NCBI GenBank assembly: GCA_964016885.1
Contig: OZ024764.1
Coordinates: 15,872,001 to 15,936,000, forward strand
Direction: 5' to 3'
Source of the DNA: Eledone cirrhosa
Lineage: Eukaryota
Length of the DNA stretch: 64,000 bases
Shown: positions 28,191 to 64,000 of the stretch, one piece after another
How positions within the stretch are numbered: position 1 is the stretch's first letter
Layout of the letters: the number at the start of each line of letters is the position of its first letter
Position numbers and translations under genes: made by a program
Notes under the pieces: generated by a model
Told to the model about the DNA's origin: nothing
The model's input: the letters and a program-made list of their open reading frames with translations, nothing else
The model's database searches: none

Positions 28191-28594
28191 TCAATACTTA
28201 GGGTAGTAGAGCTGATCGTCAGAGAAACATATGTAATATGTTAATAAATTGTGTTTTGATGCATCACTGATCCCTTGTTATCTATAATATATATATATAA
28301 GTAGATTTGAGGTGGATTTGGCTGCTATTTCTGTCATTGGTTAGTTGGTCATTGTAAGGTGAAGATCTCCTTGACCTTCTGATGTCACACACTTGAGTCA
28401 ATAACTTAACACACTCCACTTATGACAACCACTCAACATAGCTGCCAATTACATCTCATTCACTTCCTATATGTCCAGTCATACATACACAGCTGTCTAG
28501 AAAGAATAGCCAAATCTCCCTCACATCACAGCCAAACCTCTTAAACACTAACACAACATCTCGCTAGTCATGAACTTCCCCTCTTTTCATTAGT

Positions 28595-28962
28595 AGTGTG
28601 TGATGTGATGGAGATTTGGCTGCTATTTCTACCAGGTCTAACTACCATGTAGAGGTCTCTCTCATACATAAGACTGTAGGGTGTGATGTGATGGAGATTT
28701 GGCTGCTATTTCTACCAGGTCTAGCTACCATGTAGCGGTCTCTCTCATAGATAAGATAGTAGGGTGTGATGTGAGGGAAATTTGGCTGCTCTTTTGACCA
28801 GATTTAGCTACCATGTAGAGGTTTCCTTTTATGTAAGACAGTAGGGTGTGATGTGAGGGAGATTTGGCTGCTATTTCTACCAGATTTAGCTACCTTGTAG
28901 CGGTCTCTCTCATAGATAAGATAGTAGGGTGTGATGTGAGGGAGATTTGGCTGCTATTTCTG
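28595..28962. repeat. About 82-bp degenerate tandem repeat (about 5 copies) with gatttggctgctatttct motif
   Basis: Directly visible; an inverted monomer lies at about 28495-28530. Confidence 0.8.
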
Positions 28963-29664
28963 CAGTAAATTACATTTCTATATGGTCTAAGTTCAAATGC
29001 CATTGGTATCAGCTTTTACATTCCTTCTTCTGTGGTTCATAAACTCGGGTACCTGTTATATGCTGGGGTTTCATACAATGGACTCCTCCCTCCTCTTGTT
29101 GGAAAGTTATTGCTAGAAGCCTGGGCCCAGCAGATCAGTCCTTTTACTGACCCCAAAACCTTGGGCCCAGCAGATCAGTCCTTTTACTGACCCCAAAACC
29201 TTGGGCCCAGTAGATTTCGTCATTGTACTGTCCCTACAACTCTGGACCCTCAAATCTCCATCTTGTGACCTTCAAATTGTTGGCCTTGTGCCTAAAGTAG
29301 AACCAATTATTATCATTGTCCAGGAAGTAGTTTGGCAGAATCGGTAGAGCATCGGACACCCTGCTTTGCAGCATAGAGTTACGGCCCTTTAAAATAAAGT
29401 ACCGATTTAATCGACTTTCCCCTCCCCCCAAAAAACTGCTGGCCTTGTGCCTAAAGCAGAAACAGTTATTGTTGTTGTCACTGTTGTTGTTGTTACTGTT
29501 GTTGTTGTTGTTGTTGTTACTGTTGTTGTTGTTACTGTTGTTGTTGTTACTGTTGTTGTTACTAATGGTTTTTGATGTTTTTTAAAATATTTTTTAGGTT
29601 GGCAAAAGTCCAATGAGAACTGTTTCTTAAAGTAGAATATTGAAGTGAAATAATTTCTGTTGCC

Positions 29665-61316
<31,652 letters not shown>

Positions 61317-62132
61317 GTTAGTGCAGCTTATTGTTACATTTGCGCGCATGTATGCACACACATAAGCACACACATACACACACACATACACACATATATA
61401 CATGCATGTGAAACAATGAAGTGCACAAATAAACAAGCATGAGTGCACACATATGCATGCACACACAAGAAAACAAAGTGAGCACACATGCATATTCAAA
61501 TACATGCATCTGTGCATATATACATGCAAGTGTGCATATATATACATGCAAGTATGCATGCATATATATGTGTGTGCACACTTGCAAGTGTGCATATATA
61601 CATGCATACATGCATATATATATATATATGCACATGTGCATATAAGCATGCACATTTGCAAGTGTGCATGTATATATGTACATATGCAAATGTGCATATA
61701 TATATATACATGCAAGTATGCATATATATATTTGTGCACACATACAAGTGTGCATGTATACATGTACATGTGCATGCACACAAACACAACTATGCATGTA
61801 TACATGCACACTAACACACAACTGTGTATGCATACATGCACAGTAACATACACATTAATGTGCAAGTGTATATGCACATATGCACACTAACATGCATACA
61901 CAAATATACGCATGTGCACACAAACATGCAAGTGACCACATGTGTGCATGCATGCATGCACACTGCGCACTGCTGTTAACTAGCAAACCTTTATATATTT
62001 TAGCTTGATATAAGCTGCTACAACACTTGTTTAACTAAAAAAGAATCATACAGACCCCTAAAAATGGTGATTTTAAAAAAATGCCTGTTCCTTTTTTTTT
62101 ACTCTAGTATTTATATGCCCCACTTGTTTTAA

Positions 62133-62319
62133 CCCTTTAGCATATAAACCAGTTATATCCGGCCAGAATTCTCGCACCACTTTCTGTTCAAACCAGCCGT
62201 AATTGGCCACTCATACTTATGTTAAGGTATTATTCTCAAAATAAATAATATCAAAATCTCAGATTCAATATTATGTGAAAATACAATAGTATATATAGAG
62301 TAATGTAAATGGTAAAGGG
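62133..62319. mobile_element. piggyBac-like MITE
   Basis: TTAA|ccctttagcat ... atggtaaaggg|TTAA; related pieces at about 40833, 48674-49193, 50658 and 51310-51468. Confidence 0.75.
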
Positions 62320-62667
62320 TTAAGGTCGTTTTCCCTGCTTAATCAGGGGTTAGCTTTGAGGATCCTATGACAGACTTAATCATATTAATCATCAGGTAAT
62401 TTTGGCGGGCAATGTGTTACCGACTGAGACCCTCCTTAGCATCAACCCTTTCAGTTATCTATCACAACACTGTCTCTCTCTCGCGCTATATTTCTCTCTT
62501 AACATTTTGTATCAGAAAAATAGTTTTGGTCTACAAACATTTTGAGAGATGAATGGCCTTCAGGAACGAATTAAGTTCATAAATCAAGGTTCCACTGTAC
62601 ATACACACACACACACATACACACACACACATACCCATACACACACACACACACACACACTCATATA

Positions 62668-63549
62668 CAGAGTGTGGACGATATCTGTTCGCAAGATTAC
62701 TGTGTAGGAAAAAACAAGACAGTAGTTTTATTTTTTAAGATATATTTATCAAACTTGAGTCAGTTTGTCTTCATGACTTGATCTTTCGATCTCACTCGAT
62801 AAACCCGCCATTGGCTTTGATGACGGCCTCGGAACCGGCTACAGGCCTTCGTCACTGTCCCCCAACTTAGGCCCCTAAAGCCACTTGTGATCCTGGCCTT
62901 CAGATCGTCTTTCGTATTGCAGCTAGATCTGTTGGTGTCTAGTTCCACTGTGCCCCACACAAAGAAGTCAAGGGGGTTGCAGTCAGGCGAACTGGGAGGC
63001 CAGATGTCAGGTGAAGTGTGGTTGACGAAGTTCTCTGACAGCCAGGCTTGGGTCTTTTGGCTGGTATAACATGGCGCTGAGTCTTGCTGCCACACGTACG
63101 GCCTACTTGCAGCTACCTGGTTGATCCAGGGCTTTACTACCTCACTCAGAACGCGGATGTAGCCATCGGTGTTCAGCTTGAGACCCTCAGGGAAGAAGTG
63201 AGGTGGCATGACAGCACCTTGACTGCTGACGACACCTAAGACCAATGTTGTCGCTGGAAACTTTGTCTGCATGACTCTGGGCACGTCTTTGGATGAGACA
63301 GCGAGCCACCTGTTGTTCTGGGAATTGATCTTCTGGTCCTTATTTGTCCTCCCGGCGCAGATTCCAAGAAGAACTCTGTGTCTCTTCCACAAATTTGGAG
63401 GTTCAAAATTATTCATAATCAATTATTCTGAAAATAAATAATGGAAATATAGTCACTGTTTTTATGAAGACAAGAGTGACAACGGAAGTAAAAAAAATTT
63501 GCATAAAATTAGCAATTGAAAATTGCGAACAAATATCATCCACACCCTG
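62668..63549 (-). mobile_element. Tc1/mariner DD37D (maT-type) non-autonomous element with both TIRs and TA duplication
   Basis: TA|cagagtgtggacgatatctgttcgcaa ... ttgcgaacaaatatcatccacaccctg|TA; QQD-37 aa-D (WPPSSPDCNPLD); transposase N-half missing. Confidence 0.92.
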
Positions 63550-63832
63550 TATATATGTATATATATGTTTGCCTCGTGTTTTTCTCTTTCTTCCTCTCTC
63601 CTCACTTCTTTTCCTTTTTTCCTTCTTTTTCCTTTCTTTCCCTCCTGGCCTTTTGATCAATAAAAGGCCTTGGGCGCGCCGCTGATCGCTTTTGATGTCC
63701 TATATTGAGCGCCGAAACATCTCTGATCTACGGTTTACAGCTGATGAAGGATTTCTTATCTTGTTTCGTCCATACTACCTTCCTAAACTTTGTTTACAGT
63801 AACCACACAGCTCACTTCGTTTCTTGTAATTT

Positions 63833-63882
<50 letters not shown>

Positions 63883-64000
63883 GTGTGTCCCCAGCATTCG
63901 CAGTCCCGGTTATTATTATTCGCGGAATTTTCCTTAGAATCTAAATAATAATTATTCGTGGAAACCTCATATTCACGAAATTGCAAATATCTTCCGCGCT

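Larger units (their letters stand above)
26913..28413. repeat. Outer inverted repeat, arms about 225 bp (26913-27138 and 28188-28413)
   Basis: tgtgttaagttattgactcaag... versus ...cttgagtcaataacttaacaca. Confidence 0.9.

Noticed and set aside
63700-63790. ccgaaac...ctgatgaagg as a hammerhead
   Set aside because: Stems I and III do not pair in register; at best degenerate.

Overview
AT-rich, microsatellite-dense animal genomic DNA. The SINE, LINE and microsatellite content is octopus/cephalopod-like; this is inference. The one clear gene is a + strand papilin/lacunin-like extracellular-matrix gene, with 20 coding exons traced by hand from 29665 to 61316 (about 1,280 codons) and continuing past the window. 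Its domains run: signal peptide, TSP1, ADAMTS Cys-rich, spacer, a long charged insert, two more TSP1, GCCxD Cys-rich repeats, and Kunitz domains. Main points: (1) five tandem, phase-1-symmetric, near-identical Kunitz exons plus a dead sixth copy; (2) several minimal type I hammerhead ribozyme motifs with different but palindromic stem III sequences, two inside long fold-back palindromes, consistent with Penelope-like termini; (3) a 5'-inverted RTE-type LINE with a 17-bp target-site duplication; (4) many minisatellites grown out of transposon fragments. Most ORFs in the supplied track are microsatellite artefacts. All calls are by eye; no searches were run.
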